Origin: Amoebidium appalachense
Taxonomy: Eukaryota > Protista > Ichthyosporea
Assembly: GCA_963693365.1 (NCBI GenBank)
Contig: CAVNZM010000002.1
Coordinates: 14,851,615 to 14,915,614, forward strand
Direction of reading: 5' to 3'
DNA: 64,000 nucleotides
Positions 35,763-63,669 of the stretch are shown here, in pieces. The position numbers were made by a program, and so were the translations under genes. The notes under the pieces were generated by a model. The model was not told where the DNA came from. It ran no database searches and saw only the letters and a program-made list of their open reading frames with translations. How positions within the stretch are numbered: position 1 is the first letter of the stretch; every line of letters starts with the position of its first letter.

Positions 35763-36109
35763 CAGATAGCGTCCGCGAATAAGAACCTCCCCCCCATAAG
35801 GTTTCGCCCCCGGTCAGTTTTCGGGATGATCTTACTGGCGGACGGATGAATAAATCATGTGGATCAATAATGATGTGTTTGCCTTATGGTACGTCCGCAA
35901 CTCAAAGTGTTAATATATATGCATATGCATGACATTGTGTCAGTGTCATATATGCATGTACCGACTGCTCATTCCTGGGTACATATGTACTGTACTGTGG
36001 TGTTGCCCCCCCCCCCCGCCAATAAGATTCTGACCCCGACCCCTCCAAAAATTTAAGATTCCGCCACCCGGCCACATTTTGGGGGGTTCTTTTTTGCGGA
36101 CGCTATCTG
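35763..36109. mobile_element. Tc1/mariner-pogo-type MITE (347 bp)
   Basis: TIR CAGATAGCGTCCGCGAATAAGAACCTCCC vs right-end reverse complement CAGATAGCGTCCGCAAAAAAGAACCCCCC. TA on both flanks (35761-35762, 36110-36111). Confidence 0.88.
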
Positions 36110-36320
36110 TACTTATGCTCACGGTATAATGCGAAGACTCGAGTGCACAATGGCCAACTGTAAAAAGGAAATGCTCGCGCTAGTTGCGGTTGGAAAAGTT
36201 GAGCGAGGTCGTGCTGGGAAGAACAAGCCTCGACGAGGGGTAGGGTGGCCCAGGGGTGGAGGGGCCGGGGAGGAAGGGTGGTGCACCGGTGGTGGTGGTG
36301 GTGGTGGTGGTGGTGGTGGT

Positions 36321-36384
<64 letters not shown>

Positions 36385-37221
36385 ATGGATCTCAAGTGAG
36401 CACACAGATTTATAGTCGAGGGAGTCAGTGACTAAGCAACCAGTATTTGCAATCTCAGATGCTGGGGAGGGACCTACCACATCGGCTGAGTCAACTTGCT
36501 CCGACCAGAATTACTCTGCAAAAAGCAGAATTATTCTGTAAAAACCAGAATTATTCTGCTAAAATAGTGGCCATAGATAGTACAGTATTTGGTGGGCTTT
36601 GGGTGACTGCGGGCCGGGTGGTGGAGGGGGTAGAGGGTGAGGGAATGGAGGTTGCGGGGGGGGGGGGGGGGGGGGGGGGGGGAAGGTGGGCGGGGGAGAG
36701 GGTAGGGGAGGGGGGGGGAAGAGGGGGGGTCCGATGGGGGGGGGGGTGCATTGAGGGGGTGAATTGCAAAGAGCCGAGGGAGAAAAGTTGGTTCCGAATC
36801 ATGGCACACCCTTACACGCACACACACGCACACACATGCACACACAAGCACATACACACACACACGCACAAGCACACGCACACGCACACACAGACACAGA
36901 CACGCACAGACACACACAAACACACTAAATCCTCCCCTCCCCCCTTTCTCCCCTTCCCCCCCCCCCCCCCCACACACACATTTCTAGTTCAGGCACCCAT
37001 ATACTATTCGGAAGCTTGTGTTCTAGGCGGCATGCATGTGCATTGTTACGGCGGTAACTTACTAGCATTCGTTATAATTAGAGTATAATCATTTGAAGTC
37101 AAACAATGATTTAGTATAAGCACTGACCATATACTAAGTATCATAGTTAATGAACACCGTGGCACAGGGGCTACCGTACGATGAGATAGCAGGTAGATCG
37201 AGGGTATAAAATTAGTCTACA

Positions 37222-37328
<107 letters not shown>

Positions 37329-37374
37329 CCACGGTGTGTGTGTGTGTGTGTGTGTGTGTGTGCCACGGTGTGTG

Positions 37375-37434
<60 letters not shown>

Positions 37435-37573
37435 CGGTGTGCACCGCACGGATATGTGTGTGTCAGTGAGCACGCGGGTGTAACAGTTTGGTACCGGTGT
37501 CACTGCTATGCGGTGTGTGTGTTTGTGTGTTTGCATGTAAACATTTACGGCGTGTGTGTGTGTTTGTGTGTGT

Positions 37574-37640
<67 letters not shown>

Positions 37641-37734
37641 AGTGTGCATTTTGCAATGCGTGTGTGTGCGCGCGCGCGCGTGTGTGTGTGTGTGTGTATG
37701 CATTGTGTGTGTGTGTGTGTGTGTGTATGTGTGT

Positions 37735-37843
<109 letters not shown>

Positions 37844-38432
37844 TGTGTGTGTGTGTGTCCTGGCACGGGGACACTGGGTGTACACGCGGCGTGGTCATAG
37901 TGTGTAGACTTCAAAGAAAAGGACTCATGCAGAAGGTCCCCCGGAAGGGGAAGAGAAAGGAAGGGGGGAAGGAAAAGAAGGGGGGGGGGGGGGGGGGGGG
38001 GGAAGGGGGGGGGGGGGGGGGCAGGGTGAACACAAGGCACCCGAGGGGGTGTCACACGGGGGGGAAGGGGGGAGGGGGGAGGGGGGGGGGGGATTCGAGA
38101 TGATCAAGAACCACTGAGACATGGCATTTGCTTCGTACACACAGTGTACGTATATTTTATTTGTCGACATATGCATGGACTTTAACAGTTCTAACATAAC
38201 CGGTGGCTGGGGGTTCGAAACTCTCAGCTGCACTCAAAGTTACATACAGTCTATCCCACATTCTCTACGCTACATATGTACCGTAATCATTTCACCATGA
38301 ATACTTCTACATTTATTGTGTGTATTTCATATTCACATCATTAGCATACCAGTGATCTAGATTTGTAAGTATACACTACGACTAGGATGATCTATTTACA
38401 CATATTTTATTTTCACGCCTGACTTTAATTAT

Positions 38433-40365
38433 TTAGTCCACCTCCTCCACAGCCGGGCCTTGGTGACTGGCATTGGCCTTAATGTCACCGGGCATGCCAT
38501 TGGGCCCATTTGATTGGTGCATCTTGGCCAATAGCGGCATGGCCACACCCTGCAGCTCACCAAGCATGTGCTCGTACGCGTCCTTGCCTGCAGTCTGGTT
38601 GTGCTCCAGCCAATCAAGCGTCTCCTTTGCCTTGCCAAGCACAACAGTGCGCTCCGATTCGTCGATCTTACCCTTAACCTTATCATCCTCACACGTGGCC
38701 TTAACCTGGAACGCATATGCTTCGAGGCTATTTTTAGTAGCCACCCTCTCCCTCTGCTCATCGTCCTGCTGTTTAAATTTCTCCGCCTCGGCAACCATAC
38801 GCTCAATATCAGCCTGTGTAAGTCTCTCCTTGTCGTTTTTGACCGTTATCGTGTTGCTGCGGCCCGTAGACTTATCGCATGCCGTCACCTTAAGAATTCC
38901 GTTGGCGTCAACGTCAAACGTCACCTCAATCTGCGGCACGCCACGCAGCGCCGGGGGAATGTCCGTGAGGTCAAACTTGCCCAGCAGGTTGTTGTCTTTG
39001 GTCATGGCCCGTTCACCCTCATAGACTTGGATGGTCACCGCGGGCTGGTTGTCCGCGTACGTGGTGAAGATCTGTGTTTGTTTGGTGGGTATGGTGGTGT
39101 TTCGTTTGATCAGTGGAGTCATCACTCCCCCGGCCGTTTCAATGCCCAGAGACAGCGGGGCAACATCGAGTAGAAGGAGGTCGGATGCATCGCCGGAGGT
39201 GTCGCCCGTGAGGATTGCGGCTTGCACGGCGGCACCGTAGGCAACGGCTTCGTCTGGGTTGATGGACCGGTTGAGCTCCCTGCCGTTGAAGTAATCACTT
39301 AGCAGCTTCTGAATCTTGGGGATGCGCGTCGACCCACCCACCAAAACAACCTCGTCGATGGACCCTTTGTCGAGCTTAGAGTCACGCATGGCCTTTTCTA
39401 CGGGCTCGAGGGGTGGACCGGAACAGGTCTGCACACAGCTCTTCGAACCGTGCGCGGGTGATGGATGTGTAGAAGTCAATGCCGTCCATGAGTGAGTCCA
39501 CCTCGATGGTTGCCTGGGCAGACGATGAGAGGGTGCGTTTGGCCCTCTCACAGGCAGTGCGCAGCCGCCGAAGGGACCGGGCGTTTGTCTTGAAGTCCTT
39601 CTTGTGCTTGCGGTTGAACTCGGCCACAAAATGGTCGACAAGGCGGTTGTCAAAGTCCTCCCCGCCCAGATGTGTGTCTCCGGCCGTGGCCTTAACCTCA
39701 AACACGCCGTCGTCGAGAGAAAGAATACTGACGTCAAACGTGCCGCCGCCCAGGTCGAAGATGAGAATGTTGCGCTCTTTCTTGTCCTTCTTGTCCAGCC
39801 CGTAGGCGATGGCTGCGGCCGTGGGCTCATTGATGATTCGCAACACATTAAGGCCGGCAATAGCGCCTGCGTCCTTTGTGCTCTGGCGCTGTGCGTCGTT
39901 GAAGTACGCGGGCACCGTGATGACGGCGTCATGCACGGGCTGGCCTAGGTAGGCCTCGGCCGTCTCTTTCATCTTGGCGAGCACCATGGCGCTGATTTCC
40001 TCCGGCAGGAACGTCTTCTGGTCGTGCATGAACTCGACCTCCACTGCAGGCTTGAAGTCCTTGTCTATGACCTTGAAAGGGAAGTGTTTCATGTCGCTCT
40101 GCACTTCGGGGTCGTTGAACCGCCGCCCAATAAGTCGTTTTGCGTCAAATACGGTGTTGTGTGGGTTCATGGCTACTTGGTTCTTGGCTGCGTCACCCAC
40201 CAGGCGCTCTGTGTCGGTGAAGGCCACATAGGAGGGTGTTGTGCGGTTGCCCTGGTCGTTGGCTATGATCTCCACCTTGCCGTGTTGGTACACACCCACA
40301 CAGGAGTAGGTCGTGCCCAGATCAATGCCGATGGCTGGCCCGCTGCTGCTCTTTGTTGGTGCCAT
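38433..40365 (-). CDS. HSP70: Cytosolic heat shock protein 70, intronless; single 1-nt insertion frameshift at ~39410
   Basis: [59 protein letters not shown] and C-terminal GPAVEEVD. Removing one base of the G4 run at 39410-39413 restores [14 protein letters not shown]. Confidence 0.97.
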
Positions 40366-40504
40366 ATTTTCTGTTGGTTTTGTGTAGTTGTTACTCGTGA
40401 ATGGTAGCGTTATTGTTGCGTAGGTTGGCGAACTCGATCGCTGATGTATGTTCGACTGTACTGTAGCTGGAAAAGTGAGGTGGGGAAGACTGACTGGGGA
40501 GAGC

Positions 40505-40560
40505 TATTTTATACCTTTGCCTTCGAGCTGATGGCCAATCAAAATAAATAGCCAATCGTC
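40505..40560 (-). promoter_or_regulatory. HSP70 core promoter: TATA box and two CCAAT boxes
   Basis: TATAAAA on the minus strand at 40507-40513, ~140 bp upstream of the ATG. GCCAATC at ~40534 and ~40551. Confidence 0.65.
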
Positions 40561-40725
40561 CTCGTTAGTTTCCAAGCTACTGTATCTTGAGGGCATACTA
40601 TAGGGTTGACACTAAAAGACTAAAAAATAGTATTTTCAGAAATAGAACATGTAATAAAATAATTATTATTTAAGTTTGATAAGTTTGCTTAGGATTTTCA
40701 ATGCCGAAAGCCTCAAGCAGATAAC

Positions 40726-40854
40726 ATTCCAGAACATTCCGTTGCTTTCCGGAATGTCGAAACGAACTCGGGAACATTCCCGATTGGCTCCCTGGAAAAA
40801 GCAATCTAACATTCATTGTGATTGGTCAGAAGCAGTTCCCCGCGGCTATATAAA
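40726..40854 (+). promoter_or_regulatory. Heat-shock-element cluster with two inverted CCAAT boxes and a TATA box facing away from HSP70
   Basis: Perfect nTTCnnGAAnnTTCn at 40726-40740, further TTCCGGAA (~40747) and CTCGGGAACATTCC (40767-40780). ATTGG at 40783 and 40821, TATATAAA at 40847-40854. Confidence 0.75.
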
Positions 40855-41199
40855 CCAGGCTGCGGGGACCATTCGCGAGCACTCGCGAAGTTCGACTAAT
40901 TCTCCATCTCCCGGTCCCTTGATTTTCGCTTTTTTCGGTTTTTATGTTATTGTGAGAATATTATTGTACGTAACGCCTTGCACTGTTAATGGATAGGTGA
41001 CCCTTGCTAGCTGTAGATTTCCCATTGTGTATGACACAGTACCCAGTCAGCTTCCCACGAATATTGCGCCGGCCGGAAAGGATTTGTTTCTTTGATAGTA
41101 AGCCTGGTTGCGATAGCAACGCAAGGGGCCTGGGCCTCCCCCCCCCCCCCCCCCCCCCCCCCCGGCTCCATACCACCCCTCAACACACACACACACACA

Positions 41200-41274
<75 letters not shown>

Positions 41275-41387
41275 GCACGCACGCACGCACGCACGCATGC
41301 ATGCACGCACACACACGCACATATGACGCTCTGATTATCTAACACCCCCAACCCCCCTCCCATCCCCGGAGTCTTCTTCACATTTCT

Positions 41388-41484
<97 letters not shown>

Positions 41485-41583
41485 GCACACACACACACAC
41501 ATACACACACACACATGCACACACGCACACACGCACACACACACACACACACGCACACGCACACACGCACACACACACGCACA

Positions 41584-41630
<47 letters not shown>

Positions 41631-41811
41631 ACACGCCGTCATATGCACATAGATAGACACTTTGACTTGCACATATTGTGACTTACGCACACAGAAGCAT
41701 CATATGCATAATAGTGTTGGTGTTTTTAGTTATCTCATTGCTTTTTTGTCTGCCAGGATCACATGGGCACGTTGCACGGTTACACATGCACATAACACAC
41801 AGCGTGCACGA

Positions 41812-41872
<61 letters not shown>

Positions 41873-41908
41873 TGTGTCTGTGTGTGTGTGTCTGTGTGTG
41901 TGTGTGTA

Positions 41909-41944
<36 letters not shown>

Positions 41945-42348
41945 GTTTGTGTGTGTGTGTTGTTTGTGTCTGTGTGTGCGTGCGCGCACGCGTGCACGTT
42001 TTGCATGCATGTGCTTGTGTGTGTGCCACCTTTGAACCCAAAGGCAGCACACAGTGATATATCATACTTAATTGGGGGCTTTTCGAGTTTCATAATTGAA
42101 TATTCAAACAGTATGCATTCAGTGGTCTATGAGGGAGGAGGGGGTTAGGGGGGAGGGGGAGTTATTTATGAGGCCGTGTTCATGATGGACAATTCAGCAA
42201 GGGAAAGGGGGAGGGGGGGGGGGGGGTGGAGGGGGGGTCAACCGGTGGGGGTCGGGGGGGGGGGGGTGGATGTTTAAACCATCTGTGGGTGTTTTGTATG
42301 TGTTTGTGTGTGTGTGTGTGTGTGTGTATGCGTGTACGTGTGTGTGTG

Positions 42349-42432
<84 letters not shown>

Positions 42433-43832
42433 TGTCTGTGCGTGCGTGTGCGTGCCCATGTCTGTGGTGGTTGTGGTAGAAGGGGGAGGGGGGGGGGGGG
42501 GGGGGGGGGGAGGGCATGGGGGGGAAGGGGGGGGGGGGGGGGGAGGGGAAGGGGAGGGAGCGGAGGGAAGGGAGGGAGCGAGGGGAATGGGGGAGAACCA
42601 AGTGATGCTGGGGATCCGGAGGTGAGGGGGGGGGGGGGGGGGAGGGGGAGGCCATGGCCACTTACGGGATGCAAATGTGTGAGTTCTGGCGCTATAGTAT
42701 ACGCTTTTAACTCAAATTAAAGAGCTTAGGCCGAACATAAATATATATTCATAGTTTTCTTCTTCTACCCAGACCGCTTTCCTTGTGGCTAAGGCCCACG
42801 GTCTGGCAAAAGACGTCTGGATATAACGGGTGTGAGATATACTGAAGCTATCCAACGATCGTGGGGGTACCGAATAACTACCGATCAAGTGGGAACCTAT
42901 TCAAGATCTGGGCGCGCGGCAGCGAGAGAGCGAGAGAGGGAGGCGAGACAGAGGGAGGGAGAGAGAGAAGGGTGAAGTTTATTTACAGGAGTAAGGAAGG
43001 AGAAATTGATTTAAGGGAGGGTGGTAGCGTTTAACTGCCTGTTTGCCCTTTGTGCATAGGCTAGTGACAGCTTACACGACAGTTGTAGTTTTCCAGCTGT
43101 ACAGCAATGGACGAGAAGCGTGCATGTGCTCTTGCAGTTGGAAGCGAGATTTTCGAGGTTTGTTGAAATGTGTAAAGGGTTTGGAGTTTCACTTTAACTT
43201 CCTTAATTCACACGACAAGTTATGTTACACTTTTGCTGGCGATAGCCTCAGGTACGTGTAGTGACGGATTCTAAAACATTGTGTGATCTATTTCCGTTTT
43301 GGAACGGCTTCGGGGAGTGGCAACCCTTGGCTTGCTAAAAGGTATGTCTGTGAGCTAGTCGCACTTATTCTGACCCACTTTTTCAAACCTGCTGCTCGCA
43401 CTCGCTTTTACTCTCTGCGTGGTGCATCTTGCATGGTGGGTGGTCAACCCTGCATTCTACAACAACCCCCAGGCTTTAACCCCACTGCCTGCCCAGCCGT
43501 TCAATCACACAGTGCTTCCTCTTTCCCCTCTCCCCTCCTGCCTCCACCCCATCCTCGCTGCCATTCCCCCTCGCCCCCATCCCCCTCCTCCCCCCCCTCC
43601 CCCCGCTGTGTCCCCCCGCCATATAACCACCACACTACCCACCATCTGCCCCCCCCCCCCCCCCCACCACCACCACCACCACCACCACCACCACACACAC
43701 ACACACACACACCACACCCTCCCCCCACCCCCCCTCCCTCCAACCCCGCGCCGCTGTGACTTTTCACACTTGTTCCTTTCAGCCATTCCAAAATAGACAT
43801 CTCACCTCGACCATCCATGCATCACATCCTCC

Positions 43833-43866
<34 letters not shown>

Positions 43867-44372
43867 CCCACCACACCCACCTTCCCTCCCGGCGCTTCCC
43901 CCGATTCCTTGCTTCCTGCCGATCCTAGCAGTCCTTCTTTCTTAAATCTCTCCAGTGCTTTTGCTTTTGCTGCTCACCTACACCTTGCACACCCATATCG
44001 AGACACTTTACCTGTTCGTTTTATACGTGTACGAGGCCGATGGGTAGAACTCGGGTACTGGATTAGATTAGATCCTCCCCCCCCCCCCCCACCCCACCCC
44101 CCGGCGATAATGGGCTACGTTTTTGTTGCATGCCCTTTAAAGCATTATCTTTTCTATGTGTACACAGGACCTAGCTTGCTGGGTATATGTACATTGTAAT
44201 GTGTATCACGTGGCAAAGCATCTTCCTTTGGGCACCAATACAGTCAGGCAAAGTGTCCCCCCCCCCCCCCCCCCCCTTCTCCTCCTGCTGCCCCTCCCCC
44301 CCCTCTTTCCTTCCCCTTTCTTCTAAATTTCCTGGGCACACACCAGCCCCCCTCCCTCCCAGCCCCGCCCCC

Positions 44373-44403
<31 letters not shown>

Positions 44404-44555
44404 ACTTGCCCCTCCCCCCCCTCCCCCCCCCCGGCCCTAAGGATAGGCTCTGCTTGCGATGCTTACTCGTGATGCAAAATCCGCAACATATTGTCTGTCT
44501 TGTGAATGCATACTTCAGTACTCTGTGACGTATACTAGAACAACCTCCTCCCCCC

Positions 44556-44694
44556 GAGGATGGGCTCTGCTTATGACGCATACTGTGCGCATGGCTGATG
44601 TTGCATACTTGAATGTTTGCCTTTGCATGTGTCCTGCACCATGCTTCGCATCGTGTATGCGTACTTCGTACCGTGTTCCGCATTCAACCCCCCC
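44556..44694 (+). mobile_element. Family-B retroposon-like copy ending GCATTCAA-C7
   Basis: Nearly identical to the 3' ~140 bp of the 54249-54650 and 54651-55109 units. Starts after a C run and ends in a C run. A more diverged relative lies immediately upstream (~44441-44555). Confidence 0.7.
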
Positions 44695-44991
44695 GCTCGC
44701 ACCTCCACTTCCGCTCTCTCTCCCACGTTCGGTGTAAGTTGCGCTATATTCTTCTTCTTTTTTTTGTTGCGCTATATTCTTCTTCTTTTTCTTTTTGTAG
44801 TCACAATATCTGTACCATTTCTGTGCCGTGGTGATTGTTTTCTGCCTGGTCTACATTTTGTGATGAATTTCGATTTTATTCCCCCTCCCCCCTCCCCCCT
44901 TCAACCCCCCCCCCTCTCTCCCCACTCCACACACACACACCACACAAACCCACAAACCCCAATTATCTGTCATCCTCCCGCCTCCCCTCCG

Positions 44992-45036
<45 letters not shown>

Positions 45037-45695
45037 AAACCTGCTAATTCATACATCCCTTCTCCCCCCCGTCTTCTCCCCCCCCCCCCCTTTCCCGCTG
45101 CCCCAACACACACACACACACACACTCATCCCCACCCCCCCCTCTTCCCCTTCAACCTGCTAATGTGTGCATCCCCTCCCACCCTCCACAGGCTGGACTT
45201 GGCCTGATACCCGAATTCTGTGGGCTACGAATCTAAACGGTCCGGGCCAGGAGTTCGGGCCGATTCGGGTCGGGTTTTTTGGGACATGTGCACGGCAGGT
45301 GCATGCGGTGCCCAGGTACGCAGCCAGTCATTGGTGGCCGTTAATGTTTATGCCCAGGGTATTTTTAGTAAATGTACCTTTTTTCCTTCCTCCTTTTTTC
45401 TTGGGGACATTAACAAAATTACATACCATCTGATTCCCCCCCTCCCCCCCCCCCCCCCCTCCCCTCACCCTCCCTCCCCTCCCCCCCCCCCCCTCCCCCC
45501 ACGCTCTCCCGGGAGAACCACCAGCCATCCACCCTGGATCAACCCCTAAACATGGTTTCTTTCTGTAGCAGATTATTGACGAGGTTAGCAAACTTTTCTA
45601 ATTGTATGTATAAGTGCGCATGTCCGAGAGCAAATGGTTATAACATTTCCACGAACCAAAAATGGCTATTTTCTCTCATCTCTGATTGGTCACAG

Positions 45696-59540
<13,845 letters not shown>

Positions 59541-59613
59541 GTGAATGCATATGCAACACAAAGGGTATTCTCTAACTTTTCGTATTTGTTGGCTTCTTTT
59601 TTGGTCGGGGGGT

Positions 59614-59657
<44 letters not shown>

Positions 59658-59940
59658 GAGGGGGGGGGAAGGCAGAAAATGTGCAAGCCAGAAAAAGAGA
59701 CCGAGGGGAGGGAGAGGGGTGTGTGTGGGGGGGGGCACGTGTGATGCGTGTGCTTGGGCATGTGCAGGTGCATGCGCGCGTGTGTGTGTGTGTGCTTGCG
59801 CGCGCGCGTGTGTCCGTGTGGTGGTGGTGGTGGCAGGGCGCCGCTGGGAGGGGTGTGTGTGCGCCCGCTCGTTTTTTCTTTTTTGCTTTTTTTTTCCTTT
59901 TTTTTTTTTTTTTTTTTTTTTTTGCGGTGGTGATGGTGGT

Positions 59941-60061
<121 letters not shown>

Positions 60062-60701
60062 CAAGATGTCAAAGGGAACGGATACTAGGCTGGTTTTGCT
60101 GGTGGATGGCTGGTCATGCCGTGGTTTTGACTCAAACGAAAGTCCCGTACATGGCTAATAATTGGGTTAGCCCAACTAAGTTTATTAACTCAATACGGCT
60201 GTTTGTTTTTAATTATTTCTTTGTTTTGGTCATTCGCTCCACACGATTCCCGTAACAACTGCATGAAACCACCATTTGTTGCGAGACAAACTAGATCTGT
60301 GATCTGTGTCATAATGAATGATTGTACAGATGTTCCCATGTGCATGATTTTGTGATTTTGTGTAATAGTCTTAGAAGGCCGATGTGTATATCTCGTTCAA
60401 AGCAAGCTACAAATCTATCCGGCACGGCTAGATGTACCTGTGTCGTAGTAGAAAAGTATTCGAGTCCTACAATAAAGAGTGGAACACTCGCCATGTCGAG
60501 ATGCAAATTTGCAAACATGAGGAAACGCAACACATAGGCCGGGATCGTATATGGGTGTCGGACAAACATATGTACATATACTGTGTGGCTTGTATAGATC
60601 GCAACTACACCGCTGCCCCTACCCTGGACCAATTCAGGGTGCGGGTGCACACCGTGCAAGCTATAGGCCGGCTATAAGCCCAGTGATTATTAGGTTTAGG
60701 A

Positions 60702-62305
60702 CTAGCCCAGTCGTTGTAGGGGTTGGTGTAAAGCAGGGAGGGGAGGCAAGTGCTCCGGATGAATGCTCTGCACCGTTCGGAACCGTTCCCTTTCCTCTCG
60801 AAGTGCCGTGAGTTCCGCCTCAAGGTTAACTAACCGCGCCAATTTATGGTCCGTGGGCATGATTCCTCCATGTCGCTCTTCAAGAATGCGCTTTTTCGCC
60901 CTCTCTATCTCCATTTCCAATAACTCATCCCCAGGGTGTGGATGGCAATTAATTAGCGACGCATTTGGACCCTCAAATCCTGTACGTGTTGCCTTCCCCT
61001 GTTCCAACTTCTTCCGGATAGCCGCCCGGTTGAGTGGGTTAAGGCCGGTCATTCTCCACCATTTAAGAATGTTTTCCTTCGTGAAAGCTCTGTTGTACGC
61101 ACGCCCCACTGCTGCAAACTTTTCGGTGATGGTGGGTTCACGGCGCGCGCCGCGTAGATGTTTCAGCTCGTCGGCAACGTATTTGTCCAGCAGGGCAAAG
61201 CTGCCGTTGTCGTGTGCCTCTGATGCCGTTGTGGTTGTGCTGTGTGAAAGTGGGAAGACTGTGTCAATGTTGTTTGCCTGTAGTATCTCGAGCGTCGCAA
61301 TATGCTTGTGCGTGCTGTGGTGGCCGGACGCTTTGATCTTTGTCTCGCTGTCCACCCACCCCCCGTTTTGCTCCTGATACTCCTTCCAGTTCTCCACCTG
61401 CCGTTTGGTGTGTTTGCGATAAATGGCCATGTTACTCCGGCCATCTTCCGAGTAGGCCAGGTTGGCCTTGGGATGAATGAGCTTGACCGCCCTTTCCAAT
61501 TCCACACTTGCAAGGCTGTGGGGGAAGACGACCGTTGGGGGAAGTGAATCACCTGTTGAAATGACGGTGGGAATGAGGGTGCAGTGTAGTTCCCGCTCGG
61601 CAACCATAAGGCCCGTGTCGTGCACTGGGCCTGAATCGGCAAAGGTAAAGTTGCCGGTTGTATCCGCCGTCTTTCCACCACCAACATCTTCTCGTTGTCG
61701 CCACACGCGTTCTTCCCCATGTCGATGCTCTTCTCCTCCACTAGACCCTCCAGCATGTCGAACCACTCGTTAATCATCTTCGTTGGGGCTGCCACCCGTG
61801 TGTTCGATGGCCCCTTTTGCTTCGCAAACGTGATTTTTAAACCCCACTTGACAAGACGTCGTTCGAAGAGGAGAAACCATGTGTCGCCGGGCAGCCGATC
61901 TTTGGTGCTAAAAAAATTCCCATTGCGTTCGGCCAGATCCTTAGCCGCCAGCCTGGTGCCGAGACGGTCCACCTCATGACCGCGCGCGGAGAGGAATGCT
62001 AAGCCCGTAGCCAGACCAAGCTCCTCTTCTGCTGAGAGAATGGGCGGTGGTCCATTCTTTTTGTATCCTTGGTTAGGGTCTCGAATGTACCTATATAATG
62101 TGGAACGTGAAACCCCAGACTCCCGTGCAATCTGTCTCATGCTAGGTTTGTCAGGATCATCTAACCTGAGCAGGAGCTTTTTTATGAACTCGTCACTAAA
62201 CGTTGGCCCGTACCTAGACCCCTGTCTTATGACACTAGGTGCTGACCTACAAGGGCCTTTCTTGCGTAGTTTTTGCACTGTGGAGCGGCGTGAAAGTTTC
62301 GTCAT
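60702..62305 (-). pseudogene. Decayed pogo/Fot1-like (HTH_psq + CENP-B-type HTH + DDE_1) transposase, frameshifted near 61670
   Basis: SMRQIARESGVSRSTLYRY (HTH), GPPPILSAEEE, PGDTWFLLFERR, INEWF, LPPTVVF, AFTKENILKWWRMTGLNPLN. Catalytic motifs are degenerate (GDNEK, SGHHSTH, EAHDNGSF). TIRs not located. Confidence 0.85.
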
Positions 62306-62698
62306 TTTTGCTGTGTACGCGTACTTTTTGCAGTGCGCAAGTCTTTTGGGAACACTCGCTCGTGCTAGTGAATAGATCCTAAGCAAGTGCAACTTGGAAA
62401 AGCTAAATAAATGCTAAAAGAGTGCCTCTGCTCATAAGGTTTGTGCTGTACGTTCGGTTCTATGGTATCGTTCGGAGGGGGGGAAGGAGGGGAAGGGGGG
62501 GAAGGGGAGGGGGGGGGGGGGGGGGGGTGGGGGGGGGCAATGTTCGAACATGTTACAACCGACCGTGACCGTAACACAACCGTTTCTTCCTCCGCGTCAG
62601 TTTCAAATGGAGCAAGGTCTACTCTGCGCCTTTCTCGATTATGACGTAGCTCATTACTAATATAACGTCATTAGTGATGTCACGAATTCGATAATGAC

Positions 62699-63360
62699 GT
62701 CCCCTCCTCACCTCTCCCCTCTAAAGGCTTCCCTCGCTCTCTCCTTTTCCCCCAGGCACAAATAGGAATAAACCCCGCAAAAGTGTGCGTGTGACTTTGG
62801 ACTGCCACTTACTTATTAGACATGTACACAATCACAAGATAATTACGCAATATAACAAATGGAACCACACGACACCAGACCCGATGAAAGCATACACCTT
62901 GTAGAACTAAGCCTTATCACTGTGTATGTCTCGTTTTATATATAATGACCGCCTTAACCATATTGCCAAATATGGCACTCGCAAATGTGTAACACCTAAA
63001 TATATATTACCTTCCTGTAGAATTGGTCTTTCTCTAGCTGATGGTATTATTGATCACATATCACGCTTTTACTGTACACGTGCTATACAGTGGAGATCTA
63101 TTAAGTATAAGGTGGCATCGTTTGCATGCACAAACAACACACACACACACCAGTTTAAACGGCCATGTATCGCCAAATGTAGTTTGATAGACCACATAAT
63201 ACCGCAACACACACACGTCACATCATAACAGACACCCAGAAAGATAGCCTACCTGAAAATTACAACATCCTTGATTTTATACTAATCACGCGTAACTACG
63301 ACCTGTTTATTAGATGTATTGGTTGGCTCGAGAAACACATCATTACAAAAATCTAGCGCG

Positions 63361-63403
<43 letters not shown>

Positions 63404-63436
63404 CCAACTGATACCGAGTGTCCCAGGGGAGCCCGG

Positions 63437-63470
<34 letters not shown>

Positions 63471-63669
63471 AAAGAAAACGGGGAACCCCAACTAATTGAT
63501 TTTTCTTAGTCTTTATGGTGTCTCGTAAAGAAAGTAAACCCTGATATATAATCATCACCCGACATCTATGTACGTGATCATGGTATACCGCTGAGGGGAT
63601 ATTCCTCGAGCATAAACCCCCCATACCTGAGACTGGTCTCTCTTTGCCTCGAGTAAACAGCGTAAACCC
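62699..63669 (+). mobile_element. Second, more truncated and mutated family-A1 retrotransposon copy (opposite orientation to the 57.1-58.6 kb copy)
   Basis: Reverse-complement match to ~57103-58089, including ORF remnant 62926-63228, (CA)n, A-run 63437-63468 and terminal GCGTAAACCC. Confidence 0.88.

Noticed and set aside
38473-40407. Plus-strand ORFs overlapping HSP70, and similar ORFs opposite the pectinacetylesterase, RT and transposase
   Set aside because: Antisense shadows of real coding sequences.
42768-42807. U2 snRNA-like 5' sequence and hairpin (CCAGACCG...CGGTCTGG)
   Set aside because: Lacks the GTGTAGTA branch-recognition sequence and an Sm site; only a short hairpin remains.
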